A model generated the notes under the pieces. The model did no database searches and had not been told where the DNA came from. It was given only the letters and a program-made list of their open reading frames with translations. Below, one piece after another: positions 37,438-45,244 of a stretch of 46,526 nt of DNA. The DNA is from a bacterium (lineage in GTDB: Bacteria; Acidobacteriota; Blastocatellia; HR10), in the NCBI GenBank assembly GCA_041640655.1, contig JBEPZV010000018.1, forward strand, positions 1 through 46,526. The letters are read 5' to 3'. Numbering within the stretch: position 1 is the first letter of the stretch; every line of letters starts with the position of its first letter. Made by a program: the position numbers and the translations under genes.

Positions 37438-38946
37438 ATGAGGCCGAATGTGGTGATTCTGGCGGCGGGTCTGGGGACGCGGATGCGATCGCGGCGGGCG
37501 AAGGTCTTGCATGAGCTGGCCGGACGACCACTCATCGCGCATGTCGTGCGCGCCGTGCTCGGCCTGCATCCGGCCCGAGTGATCGTCGTCCTCGGGCCTC
37601 AGGCCGAAGAGGTGCGCCGCGTCGTCGAGCGAGAGGTGGCGCGGGCCGTCGGTGGAGAAGGCGAGCGCCCGCACCTACTCTTCGCCCATCAAGATGAGCC
37701 GCGCGGCACCGGACACGCCGTTCGCGTCGCCCTGCAGGCGCTCCAGGTGCGAGAGGGGTCCCCCGATCTCCCGGAAGTGACCGACGGGGATGCGCTCTCC
37801 GCGGTGGAGCAGTGGCAGGATCCGGCGGTGTGGCACGAACCTCTGGTGATCCTCTACGGGGATCTGCCGCTGGTGCGCTCGGAGACGCTGGCACACCTTG
37901 TGCAGACGCATGCGCGCGGAGAGGCGGTCGCCACGCTCCTGACGATGCACCTGGAAGATCCCACTGGATACGGGCGGATCGTGCGCAGCGCGCACGGTGA
38001 CGTCGTCCGCATTGTGGAAGAGGTGGAGGCCCGACCCGAAGAGCGGGCGATCACTGAAGTCAACGCGGGCGTGTACGTCTTCGATCCGAAGCCGCTGCGG
38101 GGAGCGCTCGCTCGGCTGCGGCCGGAGAATCGGCGAGGCGAGTACTACTTGACGGATGTCGTGGGCGTGCTCACGAGTCTCGGCTATCGCGTCCGCGCGC
38201 TCGAGAGCGCGCATCCCGAGGAACTCCTCGGCGTCAACACGCGCGCGGAACTGGCGCGGGCGGACGCGCTGTTGCGTCGGCGCATTTGCGAGCGATGGAT
38301 GCAAGAGGGGGTCACGATCCTCGATCCGAGCACGACGCGCATTGACGCTGATGTCATCATCGGGATGGACACCATCGTGCATCCGCATGTGCACCTGGAG
38401 GGGGAGACGCGCGTGGGCGAGGCGTGCGAACTTCACGCCTGGACGCGGATCGTGGATTCGCAGTTGGGAGATCGGGTGATCGTGCGGAATTTCACGGTGA
38501 TTCAGGGGAGCCGGATCGGGAACGATGTGCGGCTGGGGCCGTTCGCGCACCTGCGGGGGGAGGTGGAATTGGCCGATGAGGTGGTCATCGGCAACTTCGT
38601 TGAGGTGAAGAAGTCCCGCATCGGGCGGCGGAGCAAGGCCATGCATCTGGCGTACCTGGGTGATGCCACGCTGGGGGAGCGGGTGAACGTGGGGGCGGGG
38701 ACCATCACCTGCAATTACGATGGGAAGCGGAAGCATCCGACCGTCATCGAGGATGATGTCCAACTCGGTAGCGACACGATGCTCGTGGCGCCCGTGCGCG
38801 TGGGACGAGGAGCGATGACGGGAGCCGGAGCCGTCGTCATCCGCGATGTGCCCGCGCGCACGCTCGTCGTCGGCGTCCCGGCCGTCCAGAAGAAGACGCT
38901 CGAAGAGACATCTCCGGAGGAATCCTCGTCATCTCCGGCGAGGTGA
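37438..38946 (+). CDS. glmU: Bifunctional UDP-GlcNAc pyrophosphorylase/GlcN-1-P acetyltransferase
   Basis: LAAGLGTRM, GTGHAV, YGD, GYGRI, EYYLTD, hexapeptide repeats, HLAYLGDA, CNYDG. Confidence 0.96.
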   Translation: MRPNVVILAAGLGTRMRSRRAKVLHELAGRPLIAHVVRAVLGLHPARVIVVLGPQAEEVRRVVEREVARAVGGEGERPHLLFAHQDEPRGTGHAVRVALQALQVREGSPDLPEVTDGDALSAVEQWQDPAVWHEPLVILYGDLPLVRSETLAHLVQTHARGEAVATLLTMHLEDPTGYGRIVRSAHGDVVRIVEEVEARPEERAITEVNAGVYVFDPKPLRGALARLRPENRRGEYYLTDVVGVLTSLGYRVRALESAHPEELLGVNTRAELARADALLRRRICERWMQEGVTILDPSTTRIDADVIIGMDTIVHPHVHLEGETRVGEACELHAWTRIVDSQLGDRVIVRNFTVIQGSRIGNDVRLGPFAHLRGEVELADEVVIGNFVEVKKSRIGRRSKAMHLAYLGDATLGERVNVGAGTITCNYDGKRKHPTVIEDDVQLGSDTMLVAPVRVGRGAMTGAGAVVIRDVPARTLVVGVPAVQKKTLEETSPEESSSSPAR

Positions 38947-38949
38947 CGG

Positions 38950-40830
38950 ATGTCGGGGATCATCGGATACGTCGGTCCGCGGCAGATCGTCCCCATTTTG
39001 CTCAACGGGTTGCGGCGTCTGGAATATCGCGGCTATGACTCCGCTGGCCTGGCCGTGGTGGATGAGGGGCGTCTGGAGGTGCGCCGTGCAGCGGGCAAGC
39101 TGCGGCATCTGGAGGAGTTGATCCGCCTTCACCCTCTCGACGGGACCTATGGGATCGGACACACGCGCTGGGCCACGCATGGACGGCCGACCGTGGAGAA
39201 CGCGCATCCGCATTGCGATTGCTCGGGACGTCTGGCCGTCGTCCACAATGGGATCGTGGAGAACTATCTGACGCTGAAAGGCCGGCTCCTGGCGGAGGGG
39301 CATACGTTTCGGACGGAGACCGACACAGAGGTCATCGCGCATCTGATCGAAGCGCATCTGGGCGAGCCGTCGGCGAGCGAATTGGATCCGGGCCTGCGCC
39401 TGGAGCGGGCCGTGCGCGCGGCGCTTCGAGAGATGACCGGCGTCTTCGCCCTGGCCATCATCTCGGCGGATGTGCCGGAGACCATCGTGGCCGTTCGACA
39501 AGGGCCGCCGGTCGTCATCGGCGTCGGTCGCGACGAATACTTCGTCGCCTCGGACGTGCTCGCTCTGCTCTACTACACGCGCGATGTCTTCTTCCTGGAG
39601 GACGGGCAGATCGCCACCCTCACGCGCCAGGGGGTTCGGGTGAGCGATTTCGAGGGGAATGCCGTGACCCCGCGCCTGGAGCGGATCGAGTGGGAGCCCA
39701 TCTTGGTCGAGAAGGGCGGCTTCCCGCATTTCATGCTCAAGGAGATCTACGAACAGCCGCGCGCGCTCCGCGATCTGCTCGCGGCGCACACGACCTCGGA
39801 TGGCCGGCGCGTCCGCTTCGAGGAGATCGAGCTGACCGAGGATCACCTCCGCGAGGTTCGCCACCTTCGACTCGTCGCGTGCGGAGGGAGTTGGCATGCT
39901 GCGCTCGTCGGTGAATTTCTGATCGAGCATCTCGCCCGGCTGCCGACCAAGGCGGAGTATTCGAGTGAGTTCCGGTATCGCGATCCGATCCTCGACGCGG
40001 GGACGCTCGTGGTCGCCCTCAGCCAATCGGGCGAGACGGCCGATACCCTGGCGGCCGTTCGCGAGGCGCGACGTCGGGGCGCCCCCGTGCTGGCCATCTG
40101 CAATGTGCGCGGCGCCACGCTCACGCGCGAGGCTCAGGGGACCATCTTCTTGCAAGCGGGACCGGAGATCGGCGTCGCCTCGACGAAGGCGTTCACGGCG
40201 GAGGTGATGGCCGTGTATCTGTTGGCCCTCTATCTGGCGCAGCAGCGCGGGCGGCTCGATGACGCGCGCGCCGAGCAACTGATGCGCGAGGCCTGGGCGA
40301 TCCCGGAGAAACTCGAACGCGTGCTCGCCACAGATGACGACCTGCGCGCGCTCGCCCGCGAGCTGGTGCGCGCGCCCGCCGCCTTCTTCCTCGGACGCGG
40401 CGTCAACTATCCCATGGCCCTGGAGGGCGCGCTGCTGTTGAAAGAGCTGGCCTATGTGTACGCCGAGGGGTATCCGGCCGGGGAGATGAAGCATGGGCCC
40501 AATGCCCTCATTGATGAGCACCTGCCAGTCATCGTGATCAACACGCGCGATCCGGATTCTCCCCTCTCGCAACTGCTGTACGAGAAGACGCTGGCCAACA
40601 TCGTCGAAGTGAAGGCGCGGGGGGGACAGGTGTTGGGGATCGTCACCGAGGGCGATGTGGAGGTGCGTCAGGTGGCCGATCGCATCCTGGAGATCCCATC
40701 GGCGAGCTATTGGCTCTCACCGATTCTCGCCATCGTCCCGTTACAATTGCTCGCCTATCACATGGCCGTCCTCAAGGGATGCGATGTGGATCAGCCGCGT
40801 CACCTCGCCAAGTCGGTGACCGTCGAATGA
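38950..40830 (+). CDS. glmS: GlmS-like glutamine--fructose-6-P aminotransferase with non-canonical active site (Cys1->Ser)
   Basis: EYRGYDSAG, GHTRWATHG, HNG, SQSGETADT, EMKHGP, LAKSVTVE; N-terminus is MSGIIG rather than MCGIIG. Confidence 0.9.
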   Translation: MSGIIGYVGPRQIVPILLNGLRRLEYRGYDSAGLAVVDEGRLEVRRAAGKLRHLEELIRLHPLDGTYGIGHTRWATHGRPTVENAHPHCDCSGRLAVVHNGIVENYLTLKGRLLAEGHTFRTETDTEVIAHLIEAHLGEPSASELDPGLRLERAVRAALREMTGVFALAIISADVPETIVAVRQGPPVVIGVGRDEYFVASDVLALLYYTRDVFFLEDGQIATLTRQGVRVSDFEGNAVTPRLERIEWEPILVEKGGFPHFMLKEIYEQPRALRDLLAAHTTSDGRRVRFEEIELTEDHLREVRHLRLVACGGSWHAALVGEFLIEHLARLPTKAEYSSEFRYRDPILDAGTLVVALSQSGETADTLAAVREARRRGAPVLAICNVRGATLTREAQGTIFLQAGPEIGVASTKAFTAEVMAVYLLALYLAQQRGRLDDARAEQLMREAWAIPEKLERVLATDDDLRALARELVRAPAAFFLGRGVNYPMALEGALLLKELAYVYAEGYPAGEMKHGPNALIDEHLPVIVINTRDPDSPLSQLLYEKTLANIVEVKARGGQVLGIVTEGDVEVRQVADRILEIPSASYWLSPILAIVPLQLLAYHMAVLKGCDVDQPRHLAKSVTVE

Positions 40831-40843
40831 CGCGCGCAGGGAC

Positions 40844-41218
40844 TCATCGCAGGAGCTCGAGCAGGCCTTGGATCTGGTGGCGGAGGATACGAAGCAGGAG
40901 CGTCTCCGTCATCGGGATACGTCGGAGCTTGACACGCGGTCCCCGCTCGCAGGCCGCGGCCTCGCGCACGGACCACCGTTCGCGCGGGAGAGCGACCTCC
41001 GGCTCTGCCTCCGGGTTCTCGCCGAGGGGCCAATACTGGAACCGCTCATCCTCGCGCAACAGGGTCAGGAATTCCGAGAACGTCGGCAACGGCCGCCACG
41101 GATATTCCCGCTGGAGCCGAACCCAGAGCTTTCGCACGGGCACTAAGACTTCCGGGTCATCGGCCAACAGACGCTCGACGTGATCCAGAAGCGCTTTCGC
41201 GCGAATGGAGCGCTCCAT
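40844..41218 (-). CDS. Hypothetical protein (124 aa), possible winged-helix/LOTUS-like N-terminus
   Basis: Fills the gap between glmS and the ABC genes; SD GGAGG and a dedicated near-consensus promoter. Confidence 0.7.
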   Translation of the reverse strand: MERSIRAKALLDHVERLLADDPEVLVPVRKLWVRLQREYPWRPLPTFSEFLTLLREDERFQYWPLGENPEAEPEVALPRERWSVREAAACERGPRVKLRRIPMTETLLLRILRHQIQGLLELLR

Positions 41219-41242
41219 ATCGCCCTCCGCTCAGGAGGGCAG

Positions 41243-41271
41243 ATTATACCCCGACCGCTTCTCCCCGGCAA
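41243..41271 (-). promoter_or_regulatory. sigma70 promoter TTGCCG-17-TATAAT for the 124-aa orphan
   Basis: -35 at 41266-41271, -10 at 41243-41248. Confidence 0.7.
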
Positions 41272-41313
41272 ACGGCTTGCGCGCGCGAGGGCGTGCTGAG
41301 CGCATCTGCTCGC

Positions 41314-41343
41314 TTGCCCGGCGGAGAACCCCATTGGTATCTT
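41314..41343 (+). promoter_or_regulatory. sigma70 promoter TTGCCC-18-TATCTT (extended -10) for the ABC-2 operon
   Basis: -35 at 41314-41319, -10 at 41338-41343, 9 nt before ATG 41353, no SD. Confidence 0.55.
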
Positions 41344-41352
41344 TGCCCCGTT

Positions 41353-42117
41353 ATGCGCGGATGCGAGGACGCTGTCCTGTGCGTGCACGAGCTGACGAAG
41401 GTGTTCGATGGGATCGTGGCCGTGGATCGCGTGAGCTTCTCGATCTCGCGTGGGGAGATCGTGGGCTTGCTCGGCGCCAACGGCGCCGGGAAGACGACGA
41501 CCTTGCACCTCATCCTCGGCCTCATTCGCCCTACCTCAGGACGCATCGAGATCTTCGGCCGAGATATTGAGCGCCATCGGATCGAGATCCTGCGCCGCAT
41601 GAACTTCTCCTCGGTGGGGGTGAACCTCCCGCCGAACCTCACGGTATGGGAGAATCTCTGGCTCTTCGCCCGACTCTACGGGGTGCCGCGCGCGCAGGAT
41701 CGGATCGCCGAGGTGCTTGAACTTCTGGAGATCACGCACTTGCGCGATGCTCGCACGGGGCGACTCTCCAGCGGCGAGATGACGCGCGTCAATCTCTGCA
41801 AGGCCTTGCTCAACGACCCCGAATTGCTGCTGCTGGATGAGCCGACGGCGAGCCTCGATCCGAATATCGCCGACAAAGTGCGCCACCTCCTGCGTCAGAT
41901 TCAGCGGGAACGGCGGATCGCCATGCTTTACACGTCGCACAATATGCGCGACATCGAGGAGGTGTGCGATCGCATCCTCTTCCTGCATCAGGGGCGCATC
42001 ATCGCCGAGGGATCACCGCGCGAGATCCTCGAACACTTCCGCACGCGGACGTTGGAGGAGGTCTTCATCCGCATCGCTCGAAGCGGAGAGATCCTCGTCG
42101 GTCAGCGGGAACGATGA
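41353..42117 (+). CDS. ABC-2 type exporter ATP-binding subunit
   Basis: GANGAGKTT, LSSGE, LLLLDEPT, TSH. Confidence 0.93.
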   Translation: MRGCEDAVLCVHELTKVFDGIVAVDRVSFSISRGEIVGLLGANGAGKTTTLHLILGLIRPTSGRIEIFGRDIERHRIEILRRMNFSSVGVNLPPNLTVWENLWLFARLYGVPRAQDRIAEVLELLEITHLRDARTGRLSSGEMTRVNLCKALLNDPELLLLDEPTASLDPNIADKVRHLLRQIQRERRIAMLYTSHNMRDIEEVCDRILFLHQGRIIAEGSPREILEHFRTRTLEEVFIRIARSGEILVGQRER

Positions 42118-42911
42118 ATCTCCGGCGCGTGGGCATTCTCGTGCTCCGATACGCCTTCGTCTACCGGCGAAGTGTCATCCGATTGGTGGAGGTGTGGTTC
42201 TGGCCCACGATGGAGCTGCTCCTGTGGGGATACGTCACCCTCTTCCTCCAACGGGTGGGGGAGGGCGCCGTGCCGCGTCTGGTCACGTTCTTGATCGGGG
42301 CGATGATCCTCTGGGACGTGCTCTACCGCGCGCAACAGGGGATCACCCTCTCGTTCCTGGAGGACGTCTGGGTGCGCAATCTCCTCAACATCTTCTGCGC
42401 GCCCGTCCGCTTGAGCGAATATATCGCGGCGACGTTCCTCTTCGGACTGATGCGCGTCGGCGTGACGCTCATCTCGCTGGCGGCGCTCGCGTGGGGGCTC
42501 TACCGCTTCGATCTCTTCGAGATGGGATTCGCCCTCATCCCTTTCATGGTGAACTTGCTGATCCTGGGCCTGGCCCTGGGCGTGATCACGACGGCGATCA
42601 TCCTGCGCTTCGGGCAAGCGGCGGAAGCGCTGGCGTGGGCCGTGCCGTTCCTGCTGCAACCGTTCGCGGCCGTCTTCTATCCGGTGAGCGTCCTGCCGCC
42701 CCCCCTGCAGGTGATCGCGCGAGCGATCCCCTGCACGTATGTCTTCGAGGGCATGCGCGAGGTCCTGCGCACGGGGACCTTTCGCTGGGATCACTTCGGG
42801 TGGGCGCTCGGATTGAACGCCCTCTATCTGGGGCTGGGCTTCTGGCTGCTCGTGCGCATGTTCAACCTGGCGCGCGAGCGCGGTCTGCTGGGGCGATTGA
42901 CCATGCAATGA
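42114..42911 (+). CDS. ABC-2 type exporter permease
   Basis: About six TM helices, FYPVSVLP..LQ..A..IP.TYVFEGMR; ATGA overlap with the ATPase. Confidence 0.9.
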   Translation: MNLRRVGILVLRYAFVYRRSVIRLVEVWFWPTMELLLWGYVTLFLQRVGEGAVPRLVTFLIGAMILWDVLYRAQQGITLSFLEDVWVRNLLNIFCAPVRLSEYIAATFLFGLMRVGVTLISLAALAWGLYRFDLFEMGFALIPFMVNLLILGLALGVITTAIILRFGQAAEALAWAVPFLLQPFAAVFYPVSVLPPPLQVIARAIPCTYVFEGMREVLRTGTFRWDHFGWALGLNALYLGLGFWLLVRMFNLARERGLLGRLTMQ

Positions 42912-42976
42912 CCTCGGGCGATGGCCTCAGATCTGCGGAGAATGGTACAATCATGCCGATGCGCCGAGGAGAGTGG

Positions 42977-45130
42977 ATGACGGCACGAACCCATCCGCCG
43001 GTAGGCATTCACCGAGCGAGGGGGTGGCTGAGAACCCTGGGACTGGCGCTTCTTCTGCCGCTGGGATTCCCTGAGGGAGCGCTCTGCTCAAGCGAGCACT
43101 CGGCCCTGGCGCCTGCAGCGCAAGCTACATCGGCTTTGGATGTGCTCCACTATAAGGTCGAGGCGGACATGGACCCGGCCGAATTCACGCTGTCGGCCCG
43201 TTCCCTGGTGACGCTGCGCGTGGGCTCGGCCACGCGCTCGATCGTCCTGGAGCTGAACGGCTCGCTCGTCGTCTCGCGCGTGCAGAATGCGGAGACCGGC
43301 GAAGCGCTCACATTTCTGCAGGATCGGTTCGATCAGCTCAACGTCCGCGTGGATTTGGGGAAGGTCGTGGAGGCGGGGACGGCGCTCACGCTCCTCTTCG
43401 AGTATGCGGGTGCACTGCGCGGGCCGGAGGGCGGCCCCATACCGGATCGGCGGCTCGCCTACGTCGGTCCGGAGGGTGGCTATCTCTTCTACGCGGCGCG
43501 ATGGCTTCCGTTTCATGACTACGCCGCCGATCGCGCCAGCTATGAGATCACGCTGCGCGTGCCGCAGGGGATCGTGCTCGCCGGCTATAGTGAACAATCC
43601 ATCAGCCCGCAACCGGTCGCGGAACGACCGGCGCCCGCTCCGACGCGCGGACCGCGCCGAACGACGGCTCCTGTCGAGACATCGTCAGCCCGCCCCCCTC
43701 GGATCGCCTATACGTTCGTCTCGACCCAACCGGTGCTCGCCGCGTCGTTCGCGTTCTCGAAATACATCACCAAAGAAGTGCGCACGCCGGGTGGCTTCAC
43801 CATCGAGCTGTTCATGAAGCCGGGCGATGAGGGGCGGCTGGAGATCCTCGCCGAGCCCATCGGGCGCATGCTCGAGGTCTATCACGCGCGCTTCGGCCCC
43901 TATGCGTTCGGCGATCGCCTGCGCGTCGCCGAAATTGATGATGATTCGCTGGAGTATTACGTCGGGCCCGGGACCCTCTTCATCGCCCCGCGCGCGCTGG
44001 CCGAGGAGCGTTCGCTCGATCTCGGACGACTGGCGCGCGAGGTTGCGTTCCAATGGTGGGGACAGGCCGTCGCGCTGAAGAATTTCGACGACGCCTGGAT
44101 CTCACAGGGGCTGGCGCAATATAGCGCGCTGCTGTTCCGGGAAGTGACGGGACCGCGCGCCGCCTGGGAGCAGGCCGTCCGCGAAGTGCTCGAGCGCGCG
44201 CTCGCCTTCGAGTCGGCGACCTCGATTGCCCGCGCCCCGCGCGAGCTGTACGACCTCTCGCCGAGCTATCAGGCCATCGTCTACGACAAGGGCGCGTTCG
44301 CCTTCCGCATGCTTCGGCACGTGCTCGGCGAGGAGAAGTTCTTCACGCTGCTGCGGACCTTCTATCAAACCTATGCGGGTAAGAATGCGGGCATCGCGGA
44401 CTTGGAGGAGATGGCGAGTCGAATCGCCGGACGCAGTCTCCGTAGCTTCTTCGGTCTCTGGGTGGACTCGACCGGCGTGCCCGAGTTCCGCGTCGAGTAC
44501 ATGATCGTGCGCACCCGCGACGGGAAGTTCAAAGTGCGAGGGACCGTCAAGCAGACGCTCGAGCTCTTTGAGATGCCCGTGGAGTTGCTGCTGCGCGCCG
44601 AAGGCGATCGCACCGAGAAGATCACGCTCGCGATGAAGGGGACGGAGGCGAGTTTCGAGATCCCCTCCGAGACGCTCCCGCGCGAGATCATTGTGGACCC
44701 GGAGTTCCAGATCCTCCACCTCACCGATCACATTCGCATCGCCGTCGTCGTTCGGCGGGGGATCGAACATCTCAAGAATCGCGAGTATCCGGAAGCCGAA
44801 CAGCAATTCCGGGCGGCTCTGGAGCTGGACGCGCTCAGCTCATGGGCCCACTACAATCTGGGTCTGCTCTATTTCGAACAGCGAAATTTCCAGCGGGCTC
44901 TGGACGCCTTCACCGATGCGCTCAATGGGGACAAGCGCCCCTCGTGGGTGATCGTCTGGAGCTACATCTATCGCGGGAACTGCTACGATGCGCTCGGCGA
45001 GCGCGAGCGCGCCATCGCCGAGTATCAGAAGGCGATGGAGACCAAGGACGATTACAACGGCGCCCAAGAGATCGCCCGTCAGTATCTGAACCATCCTTAC
45101 GTTCCGACCCGTGCGCGCGCGAGCCGTTGA
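42977..45130 (+). CDS. Exported M1-aminopeptidase-fold protein with C-terminal TPRs, zinc motif degenerate
   Basis: Signal-like N-terminus, DVLHY, LAREVAFQWWG...WISQGLAQY, VYDKGA..FRML, ~3 TPRs; SD GAGGAG; TGgTACAAT at 42943-42951. Confidence 0.85.
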   Translation: MTARTHPPVGIHRARGWLRTLGLALLLPLGFPEGALCSSEHSALAPAAQATSALDVLHYKVEADMDPAEFTLSARSLVTLRVGSATRSIVLELNGSLVVSRVQNAETGEALTFLQDRFDQLNVRVDLGKVVEAGTALTLLFEYAGALRGPEGGPIPDRRLAYVGPEGGYLFYAARWLPFHDYAADRASYEITLRVPQGIVLAGYSEQSISPQPVAERPAPAPTRGPRRTTAPVETSSARPPRIAYTFVSTQPVLAASFAFSKYITKEVRTPGGFTIELFMKPGDEGRLEILAEPIGRMLEVYHARFGPYAFGDRLRVAEIDDDSLEYYVGPGTLFIAPRALAEERSLDLGRLAREVAFQWWGQAVALKNFDDAWISQGLAQYSALLFREVTGPRAAWEQAVREVLERALAFESATSIARAPRELYDLSPSYQAIVYDKGAFAFRMLRHVLGEEKFFTLLRTFYQTYAGKNAGIADLEEMASRIAGRSLRSFFGLWVDSTGVPEFRVEYMIVRTRDGKFKVRGTVKQTLELFEMPVELLLRAEGDRTEKITLAMKGTEASFEIPSETLPREIIVDPEFQILHLTDHIRIAVVVRRGIEHLKNREYPEAEQQFRAALELDALSSWAHYNLGLLYFEQRNFQRALDAFTDALNGDKRPSWVIVWSYIYRGNCYDALGERERAIAEYQKAMETKDDYNGAQEIARQYLNHPYVPTRARASR

Positions 45131-45244
45131 AGCGGTCCAGGCGCGCCACAGGTGCGTCTTCTCCCGGATGCACGGCGTGCGGTACAATGACCGGCGGCTT
45201 GTCAGGAGCCGCCGACAGCAGGAGGCGAACGGAGGAGGCGGAGA

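Noticed and set aside
38900..38950. glmS ribozyme, or an alternative start restoring Cys1
   Set aside because: glmS starts 3 nt after the glmU stop, leaving no leader; no in-frame Met-Cys start nearby
41837..42976. N-terminal 380 aa of the 1097-aa ORF, suggesting an ABC-peptidase fusion
   Set aside because: Out-of-frame overlap with the ABC genes; own -10, SD and signal peptide place the real start at about 42977
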